The notes beneath the pieces were generated by a model. The model saw only the letters and a list, made by a program, of their open reading frames with translations, was not told where the DNA came from and did not search any database. A DNA stretch of 55,851 nucleotides, from assembly GCF_001194135.2 (NCBI RefSeq), contig NC_068988.1, forward strand, positions 10,685,060-10,740,910. The letters run 5' to 3'. The stretch is from Octopus bimaculoides (taxonomy: Eukaryota). The first letter of the stretch is position 1. Each line of letters opens with the position of its first letter. The position numbers and the translations under genes were made by a program. Shown here piece after piece: positions 14,040-26,212 of this stretch.

Positions 14040-14130
14040 ATACATTTCTTCGATTAACACTCTTTTAGATGGTGCTCTATCATGGCCGCAGGGAAATGAC
14101 TGAAAGAATTAAAACAATAAAAGAATAAAA
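14040..14130 (+). mobile_element. SINE family II, 3' tail fragment
   Basis: GGTGCTCTATCATGGCCGCAG..AATGACTGAAA..AAAAGAATAAAA matches the tail of the 25797 copy. Confidence 0.7.
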
Positions 14131-14307
14131 CAATGTACTAAATCGTAATTTAAGGGTTAATAAATAACTCTAAATACCTTACAACTGGTCCGATAATTAT
14201 CAACTGTTAATTGAACGGTAGATGTGTAAAATAAAATTATCTTAATGTTATCACATGAGAATTAACAGTGCAACTATAAATGTGAAGCAATATTATATCA
14301 CAGAAAT

Positions 14308-14530
14308 GCAGAAACGTTAGCACACCGGGCAAAATGCTTAGCGTTATTTCGTCTGCCATTAGGTTTTGAGTTCAAGTCCCGCCGGGGTCGACTTTGCCTT
14401 TCATCCTTTCGGGGTCGATAAATTAAGTTCCATTTACGCACTGGGGTCGATGTAATCGACTTAATCCTTTTGTCTGTCCTTGTTTGTCCCCTCTATGTTT
14501 GGTCTCTTGAAGGCAATAAAGAAATAAGAA
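14308..14530 (+). mobile_element. SINE family I (tail A)
   Basis: Near-colinear with 51160-51394, ending GGCAATAAAGAAATAAGAA. Confidence 0.9.
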
Positions 14531-14720
14531 ATGTTAGCACGCCGGGTGAAATGCTTAGCGGTACTTCTTTACGTTCTGAATTCAAATTCCGCCTATGTCG
14601 TCTTTCCCTTTCATCCTTTCGAGGTCGATAAATTAAGTCCCAGTTGTGTAATGGGGTAGATCTAATCGACTGGCCCCCTCACCAAACATTTTGGGCACTG
14701 TGCCAGGAGCAGAAAATATT
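14531..14720 (+). mobile_element. SINE family I (tail B), tandem to the preceding copy
   Basis: ATGTTAGCACGCCGGGTGAAATGCTTAGCGG...GTCGATAAATTAAGT...TGTGCCAGGAGCAGAAAATATT. Confidence 0.85.
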
Positions 14721-15074
14721 ACACCACGCAAGAGAAATTTATTTTGGAGATAAGGACTAAACCACTTATTTATTATCACAATTACAAAGCGTTTGTCTTT
14801 GCTTAAAGAAAATATGAGGTGGGGTCGACCGCGTATGACGAAGAATTATTCAAAACTATGTTTGCTTCTGTCAGAATCGTTTATTTTTAAAACGAGAAAA
14901 ACAGATGTAATGTATACGACAAATATGTAAAACATTTCTGCTTATTTTCTCTGGTCATTTGCATAAGCAGTAGAAATTGGTGCTCACGCGCACACACATA
15001 CGCATTTTCCAGACATTTAGCTGTTATCTATAGCTCTTCACTTTCATTTTTAGACAACGGATGGAGTGGCACGG

Positions 15075-15435
15075 TATGTATGGATTAATTTTAGTTGAAA
15101 AAAAGAATTGTTTTCCCATATCGTTAACCTCCGTAATTATCCACGTAGAATGAAAAAAAAAGAAAAAAATGAAAATAAGTTAAAAATCTTAAAGTTGGGG
15201 AGAGGGAGCAATTTGAAATTTTGAAAACATGGTTCTTTGCATATTCGGAATCTCCGTCACCAAAAACATAGGAATCCGCTGAAAAAACCTTCCCCGAATA
15301 TTGACAAACCTTCATATAAAATTTGGTAGAGATTGATCCAGTGGTTTGATCGTACATAGAAGAAACACACACACAAACACAAGCACACACACAAACACAC
15401 ACACACACACACAGTGTATTTTATATATTAAGATA
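15075..15435 (+). mobile_element. Probable non-autonomous Helitron/Helentron-type (HINE/Lep1-like) element
   Basis: 3' end AAAATTTGGTAGAGATTGATCCAGTGGTTTG, then a (CA)-rich microsatellite, then TTTTATATATTAAGAT. This is the typical end architecture of DINE-1/Lep1-like elements. The 5' end is unclear. Confidence 0.5.
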
Positions 15436-16094
15436 ACAACCTCGTGGGCAGTATTCATGTTAAAGGGAAACATTACAATAGTACTTACTAAATAATATCA
15501 TACTTATAATCAGTAAATAACGGCAGGTTCAACATTTACTGAACAATGTTTTATGAAGGTTGCCGATAATTCTGTGACATTACAAACACAAAAAAGTTTT
15601 TCCGTGGTTGCAGAATAAAAATATTCGAATTTGCAATAAATGCATGGAAATGTGCGTATACATTAAAAGCAAGGACCATCAATTTGTATCGGGAGATGAT
15701 GCTACCTTATAATAGCAGCGTGCACAATAGTTATCTTTAACAATATGTTATGCAGAAAATATATTCACTGAGTATTTCTGTTTATATTTTATCCTTGCAT
15801 AGCACATTATCTGCCTGATTTTTTCTCTCTTACATTCTGATAGAACAATCATAATTGTCACTGAAAATAGGCGCATATTCGTTTGAGGTAGTCACAGCGT
15901 AAGACCCAGAAATTCCTCATAAACCAAGTGCATTGCTAGAAATATAGATGGCCGATAAGAATGAAATATTTACATATAGCATAAGAATTGCAACAAAAAA
16001 CATTTTGCATAAAGAACATGATCGTTACGATGCTAATGTTGTTAACGGCAGCAATAAAAACTACAAGAATAATAATAAGAACGCTAATACAATA

Positions 16095-16185
16095 GATAAT
16101 GATGACAGCGACAACGACGACGACAGCGATGACGATGATGATGATGATGCTGATGATGATTTTGCCGATGACTATAGTGATGAAT
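16095..16185. repeat. Degenerate (GAT/GAC)n microsatellite
   Basis: Direct reading; source of the poly-Asp ORF. Confidence 0.9.
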
Positions 16186-16734
16186 AAAAATAGAAATTAT
16201 TATCATAGTTTTTGCTATTTTGATGTTCCTAATATGTAAAGATTATAGCGATTATTGGAATAATTGCAACAATGCCGTTACGGTTGTTCTTCTTGCTATC
16301 ATTATTACTATTATTAGGCATTATTATCAAAAGCTGTATTAATAATAATAATAATAACAACAACAACAACAATAAAATAAAAATAATTAAAGGAACACAT
16401 GACAAAACCAAGCAAAAGAGCATCGGACAGATTATCATAAATGCTATAAAATAGTTCATTTAGGAGTTACACACACAGACACACACACACATACACACAC
16501 ACGCACACCCATGCACAGACACATACACACACACACACACTACTATGCAACATACTGTAAACACCCAACAAAATGCACAAAACCCACATATGCCATAGAA
16601 GACAGATTCCCGAGGGAAGAACGCAACCTGCGCTACACAAACAATACGTAAGATAAAAACTAATATAACCAAAGACTCGAACAAAAGCCCATAACAAAAC
16701 GTAATCATGCAATACAATATCCCCACCCGCCAAA

Positions 16735-16792
16735 ATGAAAAACTTAAACTCAAAGCGTAGGACGGGCAAAACGTTATGCCAGCTCACCGCTT
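16735..16792 (-). mobile_element. SINE family I head fragment
   Basis: Reverse complement reads GCGGTGAGCTGGCATAACGTT...TACGCTTTGAGTTTAAG. Confidence 0.6.
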
Positions 16793-17194
16793 TAATAATA
16801 ATAATAATTATTATTATTATTATTATTATGTTTGATTTTGTACATAGTGTTGTTCTAGACAATGTTTAAGAAACCATAAGAAAATTATGTGTTTGTTTGA
16901 AGACTTGAGGTTACATAGACAGTATTTTGCGTAGTATATGGGCAGTTCCCATGCGCACTATCTTTTGAATTTCTGCCACTGAGACAACGGGCGTAAGAGA
17001 AACTGTGCTTTGTATGGCAGTAAAATTTCGTGTTTTTTTTTTTTTAGCATTTTCGTTAAAAGGCTGCTTCCTTCAAATCTGCCACAGGTTCCTTTATCTA
17101 ACTCCACCGGTGTTATTGGATTAGATTTGTTTTTGAATGGGGAGCCTGGTTTAGTACATCCATGTTGTCATTCAGCTTGGGGCTCTATTCTCTT

Positions 17195-17195
17195 A

Positions 17196-17269
<74 letters not shown>

Positions 17270-17296
17270 GTTATTATTACTATTATCATTATTATT
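17195..17296. repeat. (TTA)n microsatellite
   Basis: Direct reading. Confidence 0.95.
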
Positions 17297-17300
17297 GAAT

Positions 17301-17860
17301 GACAGAGCAGGTATGCCATCAAAGTGATACTGATACTGGGGTAAAATATACGAAGCCCAGTATACACATCATGCCTACTCGTCTGATATGGGTACACCAG
17401 GCACATGCATCACAGCCATATGTGCGCGATACAGTGATCTCATATCAAGATAAACAGCGCATGACCTTGCAGGTGGGGCCCAGTTAGAATTTTCTTCAGG
17501 ACGAGAAACCCATCCCGTTGAAAAGGCCCTTGAATAAAGGTTGTTTGAGGATGGCGAACGAAATACCCATGTTACCAAAGGTGAATTATCCAAACCCCAA
17601 AGAATCCCTCTCAGCACATGGCTATGATGCTCCCCCACTACTTCTGTTCGTGATCAGAGATGCACATATCGTCATCAATTAAAGAACATGCTCAACTGGT
17701 TAAGATTAAGCAACTGACAAGCACATCTGTGCTATTGAGCAGAATATTTGCTATAGCCCATCTTTTATACCAAGACAAAACAATATGCATGATAACACTT
17801 CCAATTAGTTAATATAAGATGCCATGAGAACCACTGTCTGGTACTGCATTAGGGCATTTA
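17301..17860 (-). mobile_element. Unclassified ~560-bp TAA-microsatellite-associated interspersed repeat, copy 1
   Basis: Colinear homology to the reverse complement of 17888-18426 (AAGATAAACAGCGC, CGTGATCAGAGA, ACATGCTCAA, CATGATAACA, GCCATGA blocks). Strand assigned from the (TAA)n flanks. Confidence 0.8.
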
Positions 17861-17887
17861 TTATTATTATTATTATTATTATTAATA

Positions 17888-18426
17888 TCTTTCATGGCTT
17901 CTAAATTTAACTGATTAGAAATGTTATCATGTACATGTTTTGTCCTTCTACAAAATATGAGCTATAGCAAATATTTTCAGTACTGCAGAATTGCTTGCCA
18001 ATTGTTTGACATTATTCATTTGAGCATGTCCCTTACTGGTTTACAATATGTGTGTCTCTGATCACGAGAAGAATAGTGGGGGGAAAAATCATTGCCATGT
18101 GTTGGGAGGTGTACATTGGGGTTTTGAATAATTCTCTTCTGGAAATATGGGTGCTTCGTTCACAGTGTTTAGACAACCCTTATTCATGGTCCTTTTGAGT
18201 TGGTTGGTCTACGCAACTTGAAGAAAATTCTGAATAGGACCCTGAATAGGTCTCTGTAAGGTCACAAGTCGCGCGCTGTTTATCTTCATATAAGATGACC
18301 AGATAGTGTGCATGTAGTTGTGACGTATATGGCTGATATATCCTAATCATACGGGTAGTCATGACGTGTATATTTGGCTTCATATCTTTGTACTCCAGTG
18401 TTACATTCAAGGCATGCGCTGCTGTC
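17888..18426 (+). mobile_element. Same unclassified repeat, copy 2, inverted relative to copy 1
   Basis: As for copy 1; lacks about 30 bp at the shared centre. Confidence 0.8.
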
Positions 18427-18431
18427 TTACT

Positions 18432-18442
18432 AAATAATAATG

Positions 18443-18512
<70 letters not shown>

Positions 18513-18550
18513 TGATGATGATGATGATGATGACGACGACGACGAGGACG

Positions 18551-18645
<95 letters not shown>
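18432..18645. repeat. Compound (TAA)n-(GAT/GAC)n-(TAA)n microsatellite
   Basis: Direct reading. Confidence 0.95.
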
Positions 18646-18702
18646 CTTGGATCCAACTTGTACAAATGCAAAACAAAAGTCAAACATAAAATAATAATAA
18701 TA
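18646..18702 (+). mobile_element. Probable 3' terminus of an RLE-type (R4/Dong-like) LINE embedded in (TAA)n
   Basis: CCAACTTGTACAAATGCAAAACAAAAGTCAAACATAAAATAATAAT, with a related inverted remnant at 16808-16848. Clade assignment is inference. Confidence 0.45.
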
Positions 18703-19372
18703 TAAGAGAATATGTTTCAGGATCAGCAGCAGCAATAATTGAGATATTGTGACAACTAAAATATTGTTGATGGGTTTTGAATTTTTTTTATTCTAATTCT
18801 TTTTTTTTTAATGTTTTCTGTCCACCATTAAATATTTTAAGTGTTTGTTATTATCTTTCAGATATATAATCTTTTTGTTTTCGTTGTTTAATGTTTCAAC
18901 TTTCCTATTTCACATCATATGATCTAATATAACTCCATTGAGTGTTGACACTAATTTAAATCATGCAATTTTCGGTTTATATATATTGCTGTACGTTATT
19001 TATATTTTTGAATTATTATTTATTATAATATTGTTTTGATTCTATTGCATCTGCAACCAGATAAGTGTAATATGCCGTATTCCATCAAGAAATGCCATAA
19101 AAACTAAATGTACACAGTATATAACAATAGAAAGTCACGTGACGTTTTCATATCTTCCTTAAATATGTCCTTCGATATGTGTTATTATTTTCATAATATC
19201 GTCTGTTTTTTGTGTGCTTTATTTTAACTCATTGTGTTCCGTTACTTCTTTTCAATTCAAAATTAATGAAACCCTTTGAAAATTCTAAAAGTTTTACTTT
19301 TTTTCAGAGTACGCAACTAATAGATCGTGCTCAAGCCACCTAAAGCGAAATGAGTGTGTGTGTGTATACATA

Positions 19373-19421
<49 letters not shown>

Positions 19422-19474
19422 NNNNNNNNNNNNNNNNNNNNNNNNNNNNNNNNNNNNNNNNNNNNNNNNNNNNN

Positions 19475-19543
<69 letters not shown>

Positions 19544-19798
19544 ATGTACGTATGCTTGTAAATATAAGTTTATATACATAGATGTATATGTGATTTTATA
19601 TATATATATATATCCATATGCTTTGATGGTTAGAGATATGCACAGATATAAATATATCAATATAAATGTTTTTGCCTGCTGTTCGCAGAGGAGTGTGTTC
19701 ATGCCATTCTTTATATCTACGTGCGAGAATATATATATATATATATATATATATGTGTACATGTATTTATATGTGTATATGTGTGCGTATGTATATAT

Positions 19799-19836
<38 letters not shown>

Positions 19837-20205
19837 NNNNNNNNNNNNNNNNNNNNNNNNNNNNNNNNNNNNNNNNNNNNNNNNNNNNNNNNNNNNNNNN
19901 NNNNNNNNNNNNNNNNNNNNNNNNNNNNNNNNNNNNNNNNNNNNNNNNNNNNNNNNNNNNNNNNNNNNNNNNNNNNNNNNNNNNNNNNNNNNNNNNNNNN
20001 NNNNNNNNNNNNNNNNNNNNNNNNNNNNNNNNNNNNNNNNNNNNNNNNNNNNNNNNNNNNNNNNNNNNNNNNNNNNNNNNNNNNNNNNNNNNNNNNNNNN
20101 NNNNNNNNNNNNNNNNNNNNNNNNNNNNNNNNNNNNNNNNNNNNNNNNNNNNNNNNNNNNNNNNNNNNNNNNNNNNNNNNNNNNNNNNNNNNNNNNNNNN
20201 NNNNN

Positions 20206-20312
<107 letters not shown>

Positions 20313-20431
20313 ATGACACACGCAGTGTAACACCAGATATCATCTGCTACAATTACAGTATTAAGCATTTCTAGCAGTAGAAGAAATAGTAGGACAGCTG
20401 TTAATAATAATACCAGCGTTAATAATAATAA

Positions 20432-20620
20432 TGGTTTTAGATTTTGCCACAAGGCCAGTAATTTTGGGAGAATGGATGGGTCGTATACGTCGATGGCAGT
20501 ATTCAAATGGTACTTAGTTAATCGACCCCGAAATGATAAAAGGTAATGTCGACCTCGGCGAGAATTGACCTCAGAAGGTAGCGACCGGCGATGTACTGCT
20601 AAGCAATTCGTCCAACGCGT
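20432..20620 (-). mobile_element. SINE family I (tail B), degenerate
   Basis: GGTACTTAGTTAATCGACCCCGAAATGATAAAAGGTAATGTCGACCTCGGCG. Confidence 0.8.
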
Positions 20621-20734
20621 CTTAGTTTTTACCACTTTACAGTCTTTAATAGTAATACTAACAACGGTAATGACAAGGACAGCAGTAAAGAGACAACGAT
20701 AACAACAAAGAAAAAAATCATTGAAAATAATCTT

Positions 20735-21003
20735 GGACTCTCCCGTCGAAGACGACGTATGAGCGTTCATCATTTGCCGAACGACCTCTACACGTAGTTT
20801 GCTTATAGTGAGGAAACGTTCGTGCCGGACATTGTTTCACACTCTCCCACGATTTCTCAACAAGTTCACTGTGAACAACAGGTTAGGTGCCAAAGCTATT
20901 TCAGAGCACCGTGAGATGAATACTTTTGCTCCAGAACACAACGCATCACGCGTTCTAGGAATTGAAATCACGAATGCTAGATCTTGAGTGCAACATCCTA
21001 ACA
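20735..21003 (-). mobile_element. tRNA-derived SINE family III
   Basis: Reverse complement: GTTAGGATGTTGCACTCA...GTGATTTCAATTCCTAGAAC...TGCGTTGTGTTCTGGAGCAAAA (B-box-like), similar to the head of 44582. Confidence 0.65.
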
Positions 21004-21004
21004 A

Positions 21005-21340
21005 ATAGAATGAGAGCACTATGCTGGCATCGCAAGAGCAAATTTTGGCCACCAGGTTTGGGGTCAACTATAGGAATAAGCAATGTCTCCACTCTGTCGT
21101 GTCTATTATAGAACGGCCGAAACGATTGCCCATATCGCGAACGAATTTTACTAGACACACATGAAACCCTTATAAGTTGTGGCGACAAGATGAAGTAGCG
21201 AAAGTGCTACATGGAAAAGTGTGCGAAACTCGGCGGCCAGTGAGAGTTAAGACGTGGTATGAGCACAAACCGCAAGGAGTAGCGGAGTCGGAAACCAGCA
21301 AAATGCTCTGGGATTTCCCATTCCAAACAGATCAGGTACT
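21005..21340 (+). pseudogene. R4/Dong-clade non-LTR retrotransposon relic: C-terminal zinc knuckle and start of the restriction-like endonuclease
   Basis: ESTMLASQEQILATR...SPLCRVY..TAETIAHI...YKLWRQDEVAKVLHGKVC...KTWYEHKPQGVAESETSKMLWDFPFQTDQ (the typical RHD..A.++HW, WYEH.P and +LWDF.+QTD motifs). Confidence 0.9.
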
Positions 21341-21469
21341 GTCCTTGGAGACAGTATCAGAACACAGGAAGAGGAATGTAAAGTTACTAGAAATAGTGCC
21401 TAGTATAACTGTTACAAGAGATATGTCTCCTTGGAACGGATAAAATAATCAGGAAAGTATTAGATAGCT

Positions 21470-21905
21470 GAAAAGAGAAAGCTTCTGAAGATGTGAAGCC
21501 TAATGCAGAAGTTAGAAAGTTCTGAAGTACTATTTGGGATACGCAGGTCGATCATAATGGAGATGAAGTATGGCAAACGAAAGCGAGAAGAGAAGTAGTG
21601 AGCGAGAAGAAACAAGATCTAAGACTAACGAGTGCATTAATAAGTAAAGGGCCCAGGAATAAATTTAGTTCAAGGGTTCTGGCTAAAGAAATTTAATAGT
21701 TGACATTGGAGGGCGAGGGAACAGCTTCAGGAATGCATTAATGGAGCAATAGCACCAGGCTGGATGACTAAAGGGAGGGCAATACTCATTACGAAATATC
21801 AGAGCAAAGGTAACATTGCTAGTAACGATAGACCAACCAATTGGTTACTATTAGTTTGGAAACTGTTACCAAGAATCCTTTCAGAAAGCATTTAACTGTA
21901 CATCG
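21470..21905 (+). pseudogene. R4/Dong-clade relic: linker and reverse transcriptase N-terminal motifs
   Basis: GPGINLVQGFWLKKFNS*H...QLQECING...PGWMTKGRAILITK..SKGNIASNDRPTNWLLLVWKLL (the PGPD.+QGFWLK, W+T.GR..L+.K and SNYRPITCL..+WKL pattern). Confidence 0.9.
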
Positions 21906-22168
21906 TAAGAGTACCAGAATTTACTGACAGAAGAACAGTTTAATTGCAGGAAGAAAGCTAGCGTAACGTATGATCTCTTATACATAGACAATTCAGTTCT
22001 AGAAGAAGTAAAGCTCAAAAGAAAACTTTAACAATAGGATTGATAGAGTGTAGGAAAGCCTATGGCATGATCCCAGAATCGTGAATAAACTACGAACAGG
22101 AGAATTTTTGTCGGCGAAAAATTGATTAATTAATGACAAAAAGATTATTGAAAATCCAATAACTTTGC

Positions 22169-22202
<34 letters not shown>

Positions 22203-24344
22203 AAAAGAAAATGCATGAGATAAATGTTTCAAAAGTGCTGATAAGCAGCGACGTTCGAGAGAGGATTGTTTAGTCATAGTCAAATGCAAAAGTTGAACGA
22301 AATCTCCGGGCGGAAATTGGAAGCAAAAGTATCTTTCTAGTACCGCCCGAACTACTACCATAAACAAGTGTATGCGTAAACAAAACAGGTTTTACAATTG
22401 TTTCCGTTCACAAAGTTACCTCGAAAATATTTGGGACATGAAAGCCCTATCTCAACTGATACAACACATTATGGCATGAAAACACTAAGCCATGCAATTT
22501 AAAGTGATTAATTTAAGCTACAAGACGTGAGATTATATTATTATGCCTGATCTGAACTTATAATTTGCATTTTAGTGTGGGACTACATTAACGAATTATG
22601 AATACATAAAATACAAGAGCAGCTAAACTGATTATGGCTTTTCATCTCGTGGTTGCTACCTGAAATACAAGTAGAATTGCGACAAGCGTAAAGAAATATT
22701 TTTCTATGTCCACTAATGCAATCAATATTTTCAACGAGCATTTTATACGCCATACAAGCATAATAAAGCTATCAAAAAATGTAAACCAATTTCTCGAGAA
22801 AATATTTGTATAAATAAATATTTGTAAAACATTTCTACTGAATGAAAACTTAATAAGCTTCATACTGTTGTACACGCTCAGATATTTGTAAGATTTTTAA
22901 AAAGGATTTAATTCAAAAGATAAAAGAAATAATACACCGTCTTTTGTGAATCGATGGAATTCTACTTCAAATTATTGACATTATGTTGTGCTGCATACTC
23001 CCCATTGAACATTTTCCACTCAACATTACTTTTTTGTTTGCTTGGCACAAAGAGAATACGTTACATATTCCGTTACTTGTATTCAGATGTATTCAAATTT
23101 TATCGAATTCTGCATTTAATTTTTACTGACTATCATGTACGAGAAATGAGGTTATTTCCATATATTTAACAAGATAATGTCAATGATTCTAATTTAGTTT
23201 GTCGGTTGCGGTTTGTTAAAAATAAATTTAATTAATCATTTACACAACTATAGTAGAATAATATATATTATGCATTATTTACTGTTATGTGACTATATTT
23301 CACACATTTCTCCAGTAAATCTCAGGAACACTTCCGTATTATTTCGCAAAATTTTAAACAGCAATCTTCATTGGAACCAAGCATAAAACCAACATGAAAT
23401 ACATTTACATAAATGAAGTGCAATTATTAATTAACGACTACAATCACTTAGATACTAAAAATATTCCGATTAAGAAGTAAAAACTTGAGCCCGTTTAATG
23501 CTGTGAGATAAAGAAACGAAAAACTTTGCTAACATTTTAATGCAAAACATTACTTCTAGCGAAGTTCGTTTATCTAATAAGTATTTATACAATGACAAAG
23601 GAATTTGATTTCTGCTAATTGAAAATACCCTTGAAGGATTAGAAGATGTAGAACCGTTTATGTATTCAATTATTTCTGTTTTTCTACTTTAGTGTTCATA
23701 ATTATGCACATTTTATACAGTTGATGTGATTGTCGAGATTATAAATGTTTACGAAATGGTGGTTGATGTCATATATTTCTTCTTTTTCTCATGTTTACAA
23801 ATAAATGTTCGTTGACATTTCTCGTTCCAAGAGAATTGAAGCAATTGTGATGTTATCAGTTGCAAATAAGCTGTAATTCTCCGAGTTGTCACAAACTTTA
23901 CTATAGCCAAATTTAATTATGGCGTACTTTTGTTTTTGTAGACAACATTTTTCTTATTACTCTCTCCTCGACACGTTCCAAATTTTCTTAAGAATTCCCT
24001 ATTGTTTAATAGAGGAAATCATATAATATATATATATATATATANNNNNNNNNNNNNNNNNNNNNNNNNNNNNNNNNNNNNNNNNNNNNNNNNNNNNNNN
24101 NNNNNNNNNNNNNNNNNNNNNNNNNNNNNNNNNNNNNNNNNNNNNNNNNNNNNNNNNNNNNNNNNNNNNNNNNNNNNNNNNNNNNNNNNNNNNNNNNNNN
24201 NNNNNNNNNNNNNNNNNNNNNNNNNNNNNNNNNNNNNNNNNNNNNNNNNNNNNNNNNNNNNNNNNNNNNNNNNNNNNNNNNNNNNNNNNNNNNNNNNNNN
24301 NNNNNNNNNNNNNNNNNNNNNNNNNNNNNNNATATATATATGTA

Positions 24345-24880
24345 AGTCGTTGCATCCCTGGTGATCACCTATAAAGTTAACCTGTTCTAGAATCACAACT
24401 TATGTAACAGTATTCCTTCCCTTTCTTGGACATGTCCAAAGGAAGTTTGAAACAGGAACAATCTGTGCGGCCAACACTTAGAAGTGTTACAACTATTCCA
24501 CTTGACGCCACTGCTATGGCAATGTGTTTCATTTAGCGCTGTTTAACGAGAAGAAGGTTGATGACACATGTCTTGCCAGTTCCACCTGGAGCATCCTGAA
24601 ATAAAAGGCCTCCTCTTTAATTTTCAAAGCTCGAAACAATGTTGTAATAAACACCCAGTTGGTCTACCATCAGTCTGCGTTCCTTATGAGCTATATGCGC
24701 CGTCATTTCCTCGATGTCATAACTTATTTGTCGCAGGTACTCAATTGCAAGATTGCTGCCTGCTCCAATTCAGGTAGACCAAATGCAGAATCACCTTGAT
24801 CAACCATAGCTTGCACTCCGGTGTCCAGGTTGAATAATGCCTCATTGTAAATGGCGTTATTGAACGTGGCAATTTCCGCT
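24345..24880 (-). pseudogene. Helitron RepHel Pif1-family helicase relic
   Basis: IYNEALFNLD...FGLPE...DQLGVYYNIV...GGLLFQDAPGGTGKTCVINLLL...IAIAVASSGIVVTLL.VGRT....FKLPLD. Walker A DAPGGTGKT lies at ~24571-24596; in-frame stops are present. Confidence 0.93.
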
Positions 24881-24884
24881 GAGG

Positions 24885-25096
24885 TTTGGCCTTAAATTCT
24901 TTGTAGGATACCCTCTGCCATGCTGGTTTTGTGGGTCACCAAATCCTTGAGAGGTTCAGAAGAGCCCCCTGGAGAGACACGTGGAAGTTTACGTGTTTTT
25001 GCCCAATAAACACTTACAATGCCAGGTCTGGGAATCGAAACCGCTATCCTTCGTCTGCGAGTCCGCTGCCCTAACCACTGGGCCATTGCGCCTTCA
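24885..25096 (-). mobile_element. tRNA-derived SINE (family III-like head)
   Basis: Reverse complement GGCGCAATGGCCCAGTGGTTAGGGCAGCGGACTCG...GGTTTCGATTCCCAGACC: A box and B box, with no tRNA acceptor-stem closure. Confidence 0.85.
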
Positions 25097-25135
25097 CGTC
25101 TTTTTTAATTATGTACTTATACACACACAAACACA

Positions 25136-25176
<41 letters not shown>

Positions 25177-25796
25177 ATGTTAGTGTTTGTGTGCGTGTGT
25201 GTATGTTTGTGCGGCAATGTCAGTGCAGGTGTGTTTCTGTGTGTGTGTATATGTGTTTTGTGCATGTGCGTATGTGCGCGCTCACCTGTGTAATATAAAT
25301 ATTATTTCAGCTCAGAAGATAGCACGTATTCTATTTTGTTTATATTTTCATCCATCAGGCTGCTACTAACTTCGACATATAGAGTGGAAATTTTACTAAA
25401 TGAAATGTGACGATAATTCGCTGTAAGCGTTCACTTTCCACTTTGTGTACAAACTTAACGTAGGATAAGTGATTATCGATTATATAACGGAACAGCTATT
25501 TCAGCATTCTTTGAAGAATAACTTACTTGTGATAGCAGCGTTGTGATGAATTTCCACATGAAAATATACATACAATTACTGTTATGATTAAGTAGCTACT
25601 GTTATGCTTATATTGTCCCACTTTTGTTGAAAAAGTACGTTTCCTACAAATGCTAATACAAATTCATGTATGACATGGACATTCTAATTACATGCTCAAT
25701 ACTATGTAAATCATCTTTAAAACTCTGTACTTCAATTTACTCATGTCAGTCTAAAGTACATCGAAATATTTGAAATTATTGTAAATATTCAGTATA

Positions 25797-26212
<416 letters not shown>

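Noticed and set aside
18180-18735. Poly-Leu, Ile, Asn, Tyr, His, Thr and Asp ORFs (also 15948, 17010, 40030, 52163, 54465)
   Set aside because: These are translations of trinucleotide microsatellites, with no splice or codon evidence.
25020-25096. tRNA-like sequence (also 44582-44650)
   Set aside because: A and B boxes are present, but there is no closing acceptor stem and each continues into a SINE body. These are SINE heads, not tRNA genes.
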